In this document: piece by piece, positions 19,066-27,762 of the stretch
Layout: every line of letters starts with the position of its first letter
Numbering within the stretch: the first letter of the stretch is position 1
DNA from: Promethearchaeota archaeon
Lineage (GTDB): Archaea > Asgardarchaeota > Lokiarchaeia > Sigyniarchaeales > SOKP01
NCBI GenBank assembly: GCA_030599585.1
Contig: JAUVNS010000011.1
Location: 1-64,000, forward strand
Length of the DNA stretch: 64,000 nt
Reading direction: 5' to 3'
Notes under the pieces: generated by a model
The model's input: only the letters and a program-made list of their open reading frames with translations
Told to the model about the DNA's origin: nothing
Database searches by the model: none
Program-made: the position numbers and the translations under genes

Positions 19066-20121
19066 TTACCTTGAGATTGGAGGATCATGGGAATAATAAA
19101 TTTTTTTGCCAAAGAGATTTAATTGTACTGGTTTTTTCCTTTTATTTTCAATTGTACTTTTCTTTTTGACTTTCTTTATGAGTTCTACTGTCGTCGTACT
19201 AATGAATTTCGATCTAACATCTGTCAAAATGTTAAATAATTGATGTTCTATCTTAAATAAATTATCCCTTTCTATTATAAATAATTTAGAATTGAAAGAA
19301 AAGAATAAAAAGTTTATAAGATGAATAAAATCAATAGATTTTAAGAGATCTTTATTTAACTCTCTAAAATTATTGTTAGTTTTAAATAAGATGAATAAAT
19401 TAAATAATTGTTTTATAAAATCACAAATTAGGAGAAATTCTTCAGAGTTCTTATACGAAGTATCAAGAAATACTTGTGTTATTTTATTTCTAAATTTTGA
19501 TTGCTCCATTAAAACATAATAAAAAAAAGTTCCAAATGATAAAACAATAGCCTCAGCAATATGAATGATGAAATATAAAGGATTATTTTCTTTTTGATTA
19601 AAGAATTGTGAATATGGGACATAATTCATTTTATTACGAATATAAGCACCAAAAAATTTTAGAATTCTTAACGAATTCTCATTTAGAGATAAATTCATAG
19701 AATTTTTATTAAGTTGTAATCCGCAAGTATCGAAAAGATATTCTATAATTAATTCTTTAGTGAGAATATCTTGTATATCGCAATTCTCAATGAATTTTTC
19801 TATGTTTATTTCAGCATCTAGCTGATTTAAAAAAATGCAGAACTTCAAACAAATTTCATTTAAAATAATAATTATTTCTAGTCCAAATTTCTTAGATAAT
19901 ATACTATTATTCTTTAATATATATTCAAATGTTAGAATAAGAAGATTAAGTAGTGAAGAATTTTGTTCAGAATTCAATAATCTAATTGGTTTTTCAAGTT
20001 TTTTCTTTTCTCTCGTTAGATAATTACATACATAATTAATTAATGATAAAAAATCATTTTGATTAGAGATTTCATCTTTAAAAATTGAAAAATTAATATC
20101 CAATCTTTCTAATTCTTCCAA
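19066..20121 (-). CDS. Hypothetical helical protein, last gene of the SMC operon; C-terminal QLNLF motif
   Basis: Leu/Ile/Phe-rich amphipathic helices; ends KPVQLNLFGKK; co-oriented with the SMC operon. Confidence 0.6.
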   Translation of the reverse strand: MEELERLDINFSIFKDEISNQNDFLSLINYVCNYLTREKKKLEKPIRLLNSEQNSSLLNLLILTFEYILKNNSILSKKFGLEIIIILNEICLKFCIFLNQLDAEINIEKFIENCDIQDILTKELIIEYLFDTCGLQLNKNSMNLSLNENSLRILKFFGAYIRNKMNYVPYSQFFNQKENNPLYFIIHIAEAIVLSFGTFFYYVLMEQSKFRNKITQVFLDTSYKNSEEFLLICDFIKQLFNLFILFKTNNNFRELNKDLLKSIDFIHLINFLFFSFNSKLFIIERDNLFKIEHQLFNILTDVRSKFISTTTVELIKKVKKKSTIENKRKKPVQLNLFGKKIYYSHDPPISR

Positions 20122-20221
20122 TTTATTAAATAAGTTATATAATAGCTCCTTTTTTTTATTTAATAAATGTTCAGTTTGAGTTCCTATTTTCTCAATTGTT
20201 ACCTCCCCCTTCTATTATATA

Positions 20222-20794
20222 TTATTTGTATAATTTGTCTTCTAAAAATTCTCCGAGTTCATTTTTTGCCTTATTTGATATGATGACTTTTCCTATATTT
20301 CCTAACATATAGGTTTGTTCACTTGAATCGTAATCAAGTAAATCCATCATTATTAAAAATTTTAAAGCATTATATATTCTACTTTTCTTTTTACTTAATT
20401 CTTTATTTTTTTCAAATAATTCCATTAATTCAATTTTTTTTATTTTTCCTTTCGATAATTGTATCAATCCTATGATTGTCCCAAATAATCCTGCAGTAAA
20501 ATTGTCTAATTCAAGCCCACCAGAATTTGATTCTGAAGCAACAAGATATCTAATTTCCTTATGATTTAAGAAAGGAATTATTTTTTTACCAGTTAAGGCT
20601 AAAAAATTATTTAAATTAGAAATAAGAGATTCCTGATTAATCTTTAATTTTTTAGCATAATCGTTAAAAATAGTTTCTGAACAGCCAAATATAAATTTAT
20701 TTTTTGTACTTGACCATTGAATTTTTTCTAATTTACCAATTATCTCAATGTAAAATTTAGATTTGTCCAAATTTATAATATTATTATCATCCAA
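20222..20794 (-). CDS. KITE subunit (tandem winged helix), MAGE/Nse3-Nse1-like
   Basis: LISNLNNFLALTGKKII..RYLVA..AGLFGTIIGLIQLSKGKIKKIELMELF..YMLGNIG parallels the MAGE/Nse3 pattern (GLLxxILxLIxxxG..ExxLxxxL..YxxGPR); ~190 aa; follows the kleisin-like gene. Confidence 0.62.
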   Translation of the reverse strand: MDDNNIINLDKSKFYIEIIGKLEKIQWSSTKNKFIFGCSETIFNDYAKKLKINQESLISNLNNFLALTGKKIIPFLNHKEIRYLVASESNSGGLELDNFTAGLFGTIIGLIQLSKGKIKKIELMELFEKNKELSKKKSRIYNALKFLIMMDLLDYDSSEQTYMLGNIGKVIISNKAKNELGEFLEDKLYK

Positions 20795-20811
20795 TTTATT
20801 GTATCCTCTTA

Positions 20812-21681
20812 TTATAACTTATTGTAAGTGCTAATTACTAATGATCTGGGATGAGATTTTCTATTCCAATTCTTATAATTTGTTTTAATTTTTAATAAAC
20901 TCCCATCTTTGATTAGTTGTATCCGACCTTCTTTTTCTAAAAAACTAATTGCTTCTGCTTTTTTTATCCGTTCATAGGAATTTTCTGATTTTAAAAACGT
21001 TTTTAATAGACAATTATTGGCAATAAGACTAAAAATTTTTTTTCTTTCACTTAATAAATCTAAATTTAACAATTCAATCCAATCTTCTTTTGTTTCTTCT
21101 TCAAAAATAATATCTGTATTGAATTCCTCTTTGTATTCACTTGAGTTTTCTTTTCTAAAATATCTTTCAATGAAAATTTTGGTTTGAGGTAAAATTTTTT
21201 TAATTATATTTGTAGAAAATGTGAAATTAACATTTGAGATAAAATTAAGAAAAATATTTCCCCATGATTCAATATCTACCTCAGGGATAAAATCTTTTAA
21301 ATCCTCCATATAACTATATTTTAAGTATGAATCTTGGATATCTCTTATTTCAGAAAATAATGCAAAAGTTTCTGATTCAATAATTCTTTCTTGAATTGAT
21401 TGGAGCATATTGTGATAATTAAAAACATCAAAATTATCTAATAATCTTAAAGAAAATGGGTGAAAATCTCCCTTAATAATTTGGTTTGCTTTAATATGAA
21501 GTTTTAAATGATGATCAATTGCCTTTTGCCTATTATCAAGATTAACATAATCAATTGGATCTTCCATTAGATTTATTTTTTTGAAATTAATAAATTTATA
21601 ATTTTTTGGATGTTTTAATATGGGAATTGGAAGTTCTAATATATTTCCTTTAAAAACTCTTCCTTTTCGAAAAAAATTCAA
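20812..21681 (-). CDS. Kleisin (ScpA/Nse4-like)
   Basis: N-terminal EDPIDYVNL..LKLHIKANQII (ScpA-like helix); C-terminal AISFLEKEGRIQLIKD matches the kleisin C-terminal winged helix (SFLxxEGRxxL). Confidence 0.6.
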   Translation of the reverse strand: MNFFRKGRVFKGNILELPIPILKHPKNYKFINFKKINLMEDPIDYVNLDNRQKAIDHHLKLHIKANQIIKGDFHPFSLRLLDNFDVFNYHNMLQSIQERIIESETFALFSEIRDIQDSYLKYSYMEDLKDFIPEVDIESWGNIFLNFISNVNFTFSTNIIKKILPQTKIFIERYFRKENSSEYKEEFNTDIIFEEETKEDWIELLNLDLLSERKKIFSLIANNCLLKTFLKSENSYERIKKAEAISFLEKEGRIQLIKDGSLLKIKTNYKNWNRKSHPRSLVISTYNKL

Positions 21682-22547
21682 CTTGTTTCCTCTTTTAAAT
21701 CAATTAATTCTTGTATATGCTTTAATATTTTCCCTCGTACATTTGGAACTGAATTGCTATATTTACTTAATAAGACATTAGAAACTATTATTATATCTAA
21801 TGTTAATTGATATTGTTCTGTTAGATTGTTAGAAAAAACAATTTTTTTATTCTCTGATAGATTAATAAGTTGTTTTTTTCCCATTCTCTTAACAACTCTT
21901 AAAACTGTATCTCTTGGAAGAAATAAACTTTTACACATATTTGTAATTGTTGTTCTCCCCAACTCTTCATGTCGTAATAGATGTAATATACCCGCTTCAA
22001 CTAGATTGTTTATTATAAGATAATGAATTATTGGTAATCCATGTTTAAAATTCGAATTTTCATATAAAATATCTGAAATATTATCAATAGTTTGCCAAAA
22101 TTGCCTTCCTTTCTTAGAGAATTCTAGAAGCCCGTTATTTTTTCTTAAGAATCCTAAATTTAAAATATTTTCTATATGTTTTAATACTGTTTTTCTCGAA
22201 AAATATAGATTATTTAACAACTCTACTGAATTGATTTGATTATTATTTAATTTACTGAAGAATTGAATTATTTCGATATCGATTTTATTCAATGATTTTA
22301 TCTCAGTAGTATAGGAGTGAATCCTTTCAAATATTTGATTTCCTATTTCTGTAAATTCCACAATATTCTTATAATTTTTATGATCTTCTTTCATTTTAAT
22401 TAATCCTGCTTGAATTCCAATTCTTAAAGAATAGTAGAGCTCTTTTTTTTTTGTTTTATAATAGTCGGCTTCTTCTGAATAAATTTTATATAATAGATCT
22501 AATAGACCTTTTCTTCTAAGAGTTTTAATTAAAAATATTTCTAACAA
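21678..22547 (-). CDS. Triple winged-helix protein
   Basis: Three wHTH-like units: ..AGLIKM..EFTEIG; SRKTVLKHIENILNLGFLRK..EFSKKG; PRDTVLRVVKRMGKKQLI. Confidence 0.65.
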   Translation of the reverse strand: MLEIFLIKTLRRKGLLDLLYKIYSEEADYYKTKKKELYYSLRIGIQAGLIKMKEDHKNYKNIVEFTEIGNQIFERIHSYTTEIKSLNKIDIEIIQFFSKLNNNQINSVELLNNLYFSRKTVLKHIENILNLGFLRKNNGLLEFSKKGRQFWQTIDNISDILYENSNFKHGLPIIHYLIINNLVEAGILHLLRHEELGRTTITNMCKSLFLPRDTVLRVVKRMGKKQLINLSENKKIVFSNNLTEQYQLTLDIIIVSNVLLSKYSNSVPNVRGKILKHIQELIDLKEETS

Positions 22548-22558
22548 TCAGGAAACCT

Positions 22559-25500
22559 CTATAAATTTTCTATTATTATATTCGGCTTTGTTGTACTAAC
22601 GGCAACATGGTTAAATTCATAATTTATTTTCAAATTAGAAATTTCAGGAGTAACGATTATAAATTGGGGGAGAAAATAAGAGGAATTATTATTTTGATTA
22701 TCTTTTATCCTTTCATATTGATCAATAATCATATTAATTATTTGTTTTTGATTAAGACTGTCTAATCTTTGAGTAAATTCATCAATTATTTTCAATGGAG
22801 TTTTTCTAAGAGCTTGTAAACTAAGCAAAAATGATATTACAGTTAAAGCCGTTTGACCCGCACTTAATTTAGTTAAATCCAGGGGTCTATTATCAAAAGC
22901 AGCAAAGATTTCAAGAGAAGTTTCTTCAACATTATTAATTCTCTTAATTTTTATTTCTCCAAAATATGGAATTAATAATCTTTTAAATTCTAAATTTATT
23001 ATCTTTAAGTTTCTTCTTATATCATTTTTATAAGTAGTAAATAACTCAAATTGAATGTTTTTAAGTTCTTCTATCTCTGTATTTCTAATTTCCACTTCGA
23101 GGATATATTTTTCAACTTTCTTTTTTTGCTTTTTAAACATTTCTAATATATTCTCATTAATATCCATAGTTGAAATAAGTGTCTCTGCTTCAGTTTTAAG
23201 AGAGATTAAAGTTGCTGAATCTCTAATTTTTGGAGGTCTAGAACCATATTCCCTTGCTTGTCTTATTAGCTTTATTCTCTTCTCAGCGATTAATTCTAAT
23301 CTAATTTTATAATCAGAGATATCATCATTAAAAATATTTATCTCTCCTTTTAATTGATCAATTTTATTTTGAAATTTACCAAATTTAATATCAAGAGTAC
23401 TAGCCTTATTATTTAGTTGGTCTAAATCAAATTGTTTCTTTTTTAATTCATTATCAAGATACAAAAGTTTTTTATCAAAAGTATTAAATTTTCCATTAAT
23501 ACTTTCTAATCTTTCATTATACTCTTTTAGTTTTAAAATAAGCTCATCGTTTTCTTTCTCAGTAATCATTTTTTCTCGTTCAATTTTTATATTATCATCT
23601 TCTTTAATCAACTCAATAGCTTTTACTAATTTAAATTTCTCATTTTCCTTATTATCATATCTTTTTCTAATACTTTTTAATTCCTGCTCCATTATTTCTC
23701 TCTTTTTCTCAATTTCAATCAATTTTTTTGTAAAATCTTCTATTTTTTGTTCATATTCTTCAAGAATACCAATATCCAAAGAATTAATCCCTATAATCTC
23801 TCGAATTTTGCCTTTTTTAGGACTTCTATAAGAAGGTAAATATCTAAATCCATCGGATGTAAATATATTCATTTTATATTTCTTAGATAACTTAAATAGT
23901 TTGTTTGCATCATCAAAATCAGAGAGTAAGCCATTTCGGTGTTTATTAATATAATTTAATACAATTTGATTTCCTTCTAAGGTATTGATAATTTCTGATT
24001 GAATTGGGGGTGAATAATAATTATCACCTCTCCTTCTTCTGGTTTCATTTTTATCTAAGTAACCCAAACTTACATTAAATTGATTTGTTCTTCTTATTTT
24101 ATCTAATATATTCAAAGAATTTTCATCTAGAGCGATTATATCTTCAGTAATACCACTTAATGAAGCATTAATAGCCTTTGACCATTTTTTGAATAAAGCT
24201 TTAATTGTAATTTCAGTACAAACAGGTCCTACAAAGGAGATATGTTGTATTTTCTGAGTTTTATTAATTTCTTTCAATATTTTTAAAGTATCCTGAGAGA
24301 GTAAAGATGATGTTCCATTTTTTTTTATATTTTCTATTGAATTCTTGTAGCAATTAATATCATTTGTTAATCGCCTTATTTGATAATTAAAATCAGTTAT
24401 TTGTTGATTTAAATCAAATTTTTTTTCATTTAATTGATTTATTTCTTGATGGATTTTTTTAATCTGACCGTCCAATTCCTTAAAATATTCTGTTGAGGTT
24501 GTTATTTTAGTTTCTTTGAGCTTTTTATTTAAAAAATCTATCTTCTTTCTTAAATTTTTAATCCGATTTTCTTTATCTTTCTTTTTAAATGATATTTTTT
24601 GTTGTTCTCTTTTTAAAGATTCAATAATACTTCTATAATCAGAATATTGAACAGATAATGTTGATACTTCATTATTTTCTAAGGATTGGATTTTTTTAAT
24701 TTCTTCTTTTTGTTTTATTATATCTTGTATTTCCCTTTCAAGTTTAATCTTTTCATTTGCTTTTTGATGCAATTCTCTTTCTTTATATTTTAAAGAAGAT
24801 CTTAAAATTTTTTCTTCTTTTTCAATATCAACCACGGGAACCCAGAATAACTCTAACCTCAGATTTTTTAATGTGTCCATTAAATGAATTTTATTTTCAT
24901 AACGATTTTTTTGCTCTTCTAATTTATTAAGATAACCTTCTTCTGTTGCTAACTTTTCAAACCAAAAGCTTTTTTCTCCTTCCAACTTTTTAATCTTTTC
25001 TCTTCCAATTATCATTTTTTTCCTATATTCTTCTAATCCGGTAGCTCCAGCAAAAGTAGTAAAAAGATCCCTTTTATTGGTATTTAATAATGAGTCAGGA
25101 GTATGCTGAGACATAAAAATAAATTCATTATTAGGTTCTATATTCATTAGAGCAACAATCTTGTCTAATTGGGCTTTTTTTATTCTTCGATTAGCAATCT
25201 TCCAATAATTCATCTTTTTCTTGATAATTCGATGAATTGTAAAGGTCTCATTATTAATTAAATCATAAAGAGGTGATTCTGGAGGTAAATTGATTAATCT
25301 CCTTCCATTGATTCTTGGATTACAAATTTTTAAAGATATTTCAGATTTTTGTTTTCCTTCCATTATTACTTCAGATATGGATTTTAAATTTGGAAAAATT
25401 AAACTTGAAGCCCCTAGACATATTTGAATTGATTGTATTAAAATAGACTTTCCAGCACCATTTGGCCCTGTAATAATTGTTAAACCATATTTAAATTCAA

Positions 25501-25606
25501 TTTCAATGTCTTCATACCGGATAAAATTTAATAACCTTAAGGATTTAATAATTCCTACATTTAATTTGTTTTTCAAATTACCTTTTCCCCTTTTTTGTTT
25601 TCTCAA
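22559..25606 (-). CDS. Smc5/6-like SMC ATPase (start may be TTG at 25576)
   Basis: NFIRYE, Walker A GPNGAGKS, MNIEPNNEFIFMSQ Q-loop, coiled coils, hinge VGPVCTEITIK..KWSKAINASL, signature LSAGQ, Walker B PLKIIDEFTQRLD, QFIIVTP; head and hinge resemble eukaryotic Smc5/6. Confidence 0.88.
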   Translation of the reverse strand: MRKQKRGKGNLKNKLNVGIIKSLRLLNFIRYEDIEIEFKYGLTIITGPNGAGKSILIQSIQICLGASSLIFPNLKSISEVIMEGKQKSEISLKICNPRINGRRLINLPPESPLYDLINNETFTIHRIIKKKMNYWKIANRRIKKAQLDKIVALMNIEPNNEFIFMSQHTPDSLLNTNKRDLFTTFAGATGLEEYRKKMIIGREKIKKLEGEKSFWFEKLATEEGYLNKLEEQKNRYENKIHLMDTLKNLRLELFWVPVVDIEKEEKILRSSLKYKERELHQKANEKIKLEREIQDIIKQKEEIKKIQSLENNEVSTLSVQYSDYRSIIESLKREQQKISFKKKDKENRIKNLRKKIDFLNKKLKETKITTSTEYFKELDGQIKKIHQEINQLNEKKFDLNQQITDFNYQIRRLTNDINCYKNSIENIKKNGTSSLLSQDTLKILKEINKTQKIQHISFVGPVCTEITIKALFKKWSKAINASLSGITEDIIALDENSLNILDKIRRTNQFNVSLGYLDKNETRRRRGDNYYSPPIQSEIINTLEGNQIVLNYINKHRNGLLSDFDDANKLFKLSKKYKMNIFTSDGFRYLPSYRSPKKGKIREIIGINSLDIGILEEYEQKIEDFTKKLIEIEKKREIMEQELKSIRKRYDNKENEKFKLVKAIELIKEDDNIKIEREKMITEKENDELILKLKEYNERLESINGKFNTFDKKLLYLDNELKKKQFDLDQLNNKASTLDIKFGKFQNKIDQLKGEINIFNDDISDYKIRLELIAEKRIKLIRQAREYGSRPPKIRDSATLISLKTEAETLISTMDINENILEMFKKQKKKVEKYILEVEIRNTEIEELKNIQFELFTTYKNDIRRNLKIINLEFKRLLIPYFGEIKIKRINNVEETSLEIFAAFDNRPLDLTKLSAGQTALTVISFLLSLQALRKTPLKIIDEFTQRLDSLNQKQIINMIIDQYERIKDNQNNNSSYFLPQFIIVTPEISNLKINYEFNHVAVSTTKPNIIIENL

Positions 25607-26558
25607 TTTCTTGTTTTAAGAGATCAGATATAGATAATGACTTAGTTTCTTGATCTTGTATTACTTTTTCGCTTTGTTTATCTAAATTACTTAATTCCAT
25701 ATGTTTTTGCGTACCTCCAATATAGAGTATTGTTGATACAGCTTTTTCATTATCAATAATGAATTTATCTCTGGTTGGGGAAGATAAATATTCAATATAA
25801 ATGCTTCTAACAAGGCGTTCTATATCTGAGGGACTAAAACCTTCTAACTGTTTTGTTATTACATTAAAATCTAAATCTAAAACAATGTTAGGTTCAATAT
25901 TTTCTAATTTTTTCGAGAAGTATTTTAAGATATCAAATCGTTCTTTAAAATCAGGTAATGGAAAATGTATATGATATAAGAATCTCCTCCAAGCAGCGGA
26001 ATCTAATGTAGATTCATGATTAGTTGCTGCAATAATAACTAAAGGATGGACTCCATACATTAAAGAATCAATGCCTCTCAATAATTCATTTACTGCTCTT
26101 TTCATCTCACCAATTTCAGTGGGATCAGCCCTTTCTCTTGCTAAAGAATCAAATTCATCAATAAATAATACAGTTGGCTTACCTTCTTTAAACCTTAGAT
26201 TTGCATATTCACCAATATGAGTAAAAAGTGAATTTATATTTTTTAAAGTCTCTCCAAAATGTGATTCAAAAATTGTAGACGGTTGAATCTCTATTAAAAT
26301 TGTATTTTTTTTCCGACAAATCGCTCTAGTAAGAAGAGTTTTTCCTACACCTGGAAAACCATAAAGTAATGCTGAAAGGTTAGAATTCAATCCTGCTTTT
26401 TCTAATTTTGAAAAATTTTTTGCTGCAACTATAATATTTTGTAGGATTTTTTTTTGAATTTCTAATCCAATTATCTCTGATATATTCTCTTTAATCTCAT
26501 CAGGAGATCTAATGATGCAATATTTTAGAATCTCTTTTTCTAAATCTTCTATCTTCAT
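25578..26558 (-). CDS. Classical AAA+ ATPase (IetA-like clade)
   Basis: GFPGVGKT, LFIDEFDSLARER..GEMKRAVNELL, AATNHESTLDSAAWRRF (second region of homology). Confidence 0.9.
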   Translation of the reverse strand: MKIEDLEKEILKYCIIRSPDEIKENISEIIGLEIQKKILQNIIVAAKNFSKLEKAGLNSNLSALLYGFPGVGKTLLTRAICRKKNTILIEIQPSTIFESHFGETLKNINSLFTHIGEYANLRFKEGKPTVLFIDEFDSLARERADPTEIGEMKRAVNELLRGIDSLMYGVHPLVIIAATNHESTLDSAAWRRFLYHIHFPLPDFKERFDILKYFSKKLENIEPNIVLDLDFNVITKQLEGFSPSDIERLVRSIYIEYLSSPTRDKFIIDNEKAVSTILYIGGTQKHMELSNLDKQSEKVIQDQETKSLSISDLLKQEIEKTKKGKR

Positions 26559-26621
26559 TTTATATTTTGATTTTTTTTTTTTTGCTAAAGTTTATATATA
26601 AATAATGCATATTATGATATA

Positions 26622-26669
26622 AAAAGTTAACTCAAAAGTTAACTCAAAAGTTAATTGAAAAGTTAAATA
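26622..26669 (+). promoter_or_regulatory. Four tandem 12-bp repeats (AAAAGTTAAyTs) in the divergent promoter region
   Basis: aaaagttaactc aaaagttaactc aaaagttaattg aaaagttaaata, between the AAA-SMC operon and the HD operon; TATA-like tttatatata just upstream. Confidence 0.7.
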
Positions 26670-26690
26670 AAAACCAACCTTGTAGAAAAA

Positions 26691-27752
26691 ATGTCAAATT
26701 TAGAAATAACAAAAATCCAGAAAGAAAAAATAGAACAATTATTAGTTAAATTAAATCGTAATGTTAAAAATTTCGAGGAAAACACAAACATAGATATAGG
26801 ACTTATTAAAGAAGATATTTTAAATCAAATTAATAATTGTATATTGCTAATCTCTAATTATATTGAGCTAGTACATAGAGTTGGAACTGGTGAATCTTTT
26901 AGACAACAAATATTGCGGTTAATGGGTAAATCTAAAATCGCAGATCTTTATATTAAAGCAATAGTACAACCTGATTGGGTTAGCGTTAAAGATCCTATAA
27001 ACAAAAAATCAAGTGAAATTGAGGAATTTTCACCAGCTTGGATTACACGAATTCAAGATTTATTTGTTCTATTTCAAGATAAAGGAGAAAATGAGGAAAT
27101 TATGCTTTTTGATTATTTATCTTATAATTTAGGAGAAAAAAAAAATGTCATAAATCATAGAACGGAAACTTTCGCTAAGTTTTGTAAATTATGTGGGTTG
27201 AATGTGGATATTAATGAAGATGGTTGGCCTTCACGATTGGCACCTGTTATGATTGAAATAAAAAGGTATAATAATAATTTATGGGATAAAAATATCAGAC
27301 TTGTTCCATTTTTATCTTTATTAAAGCACAGTATGGATTTTGATAGTTCTAAAACTTTATCTTATAAATTTTCGATACTAATCTCGTTAATTTTTATTAT
27401 TTTTTATATATCAAATCATTCTAATCCCAAAACTTGCAAGGCAATGAATGATATATTGAGAAGTACAGATACTTATTTAGATGAAAAATTTAATTTACAA
27501 ACAGACTTAGATCTTTTTATTGAGATTGTTGCGACTTTTGGAAGAATGATATGTATAATTTTATATGGTAATGATGATGGATTTTACCCTACAGAAAAAC
27601 AACTTGAATATAAAACTTATCGGTCTCAAATTACGGTTATCCTTCTAAAATTAACAAATGAATTATTTAATTTTACCCAGAATGGTATTACTCTTACTGA
27701 TCATCCAATAGTTAATCTAATTCATGATTTACGAGTATCTCTTAATTTGTAA
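26691..27752 (+). CDS. Hypothetical protein (353 aa), first gene of the HD operon
   Basis: Long ORF, no recognised motif. Confidence 0.7.
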   Translation: MSNLEITKIQKEKIEQLLVKLNRNVKNFEENTNIDIGLIKEDILNQINNCILLISNYIELVHRVGTGESFRQQILRLMGKSKIADLYIKAIVQPDWVSVKDPINKKSSEIEEFSPAWITRIQDLFVLFQDKGENEEIMLFDYLSYNLGEKKNVINHRTETFAKFCKLCGLNVDINEDGWPSRLAPVMIEIKRYNNNLWDKNIRLVPFLSLLKHSMDFDSSKTLSYKFSILISLIFIIFYISNHSNPKTCKAMNDILRSTDTYLDEKFNLQTDLDLFIEIVATFGRMICIILYGNDDGFYPTEKQLEYKTYRSQITVILLKLTNELFNFTQNGITLTDHPIVNLIHDLRVSLNL

Positions 27753-27762
27753 TCGAAGGTGA

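Noticed and set aside
22559-25606. Rad50/SbcC
   Set aside because: No CxxC zinc hook at the centre, a globular hinge-like segment is present, and there is no adjacent Mre11.
19066-26558. Calling the SMC operon Wadjet (JetABCD) or MukBEF
   Set aside because: No Toprim/JetD nuclease, the gene order differs, and the SMC head and hinge look Smc5/6-like.
25578-26558. IetAS system
   Set aside because: No S8 subtilisin gene nearby.
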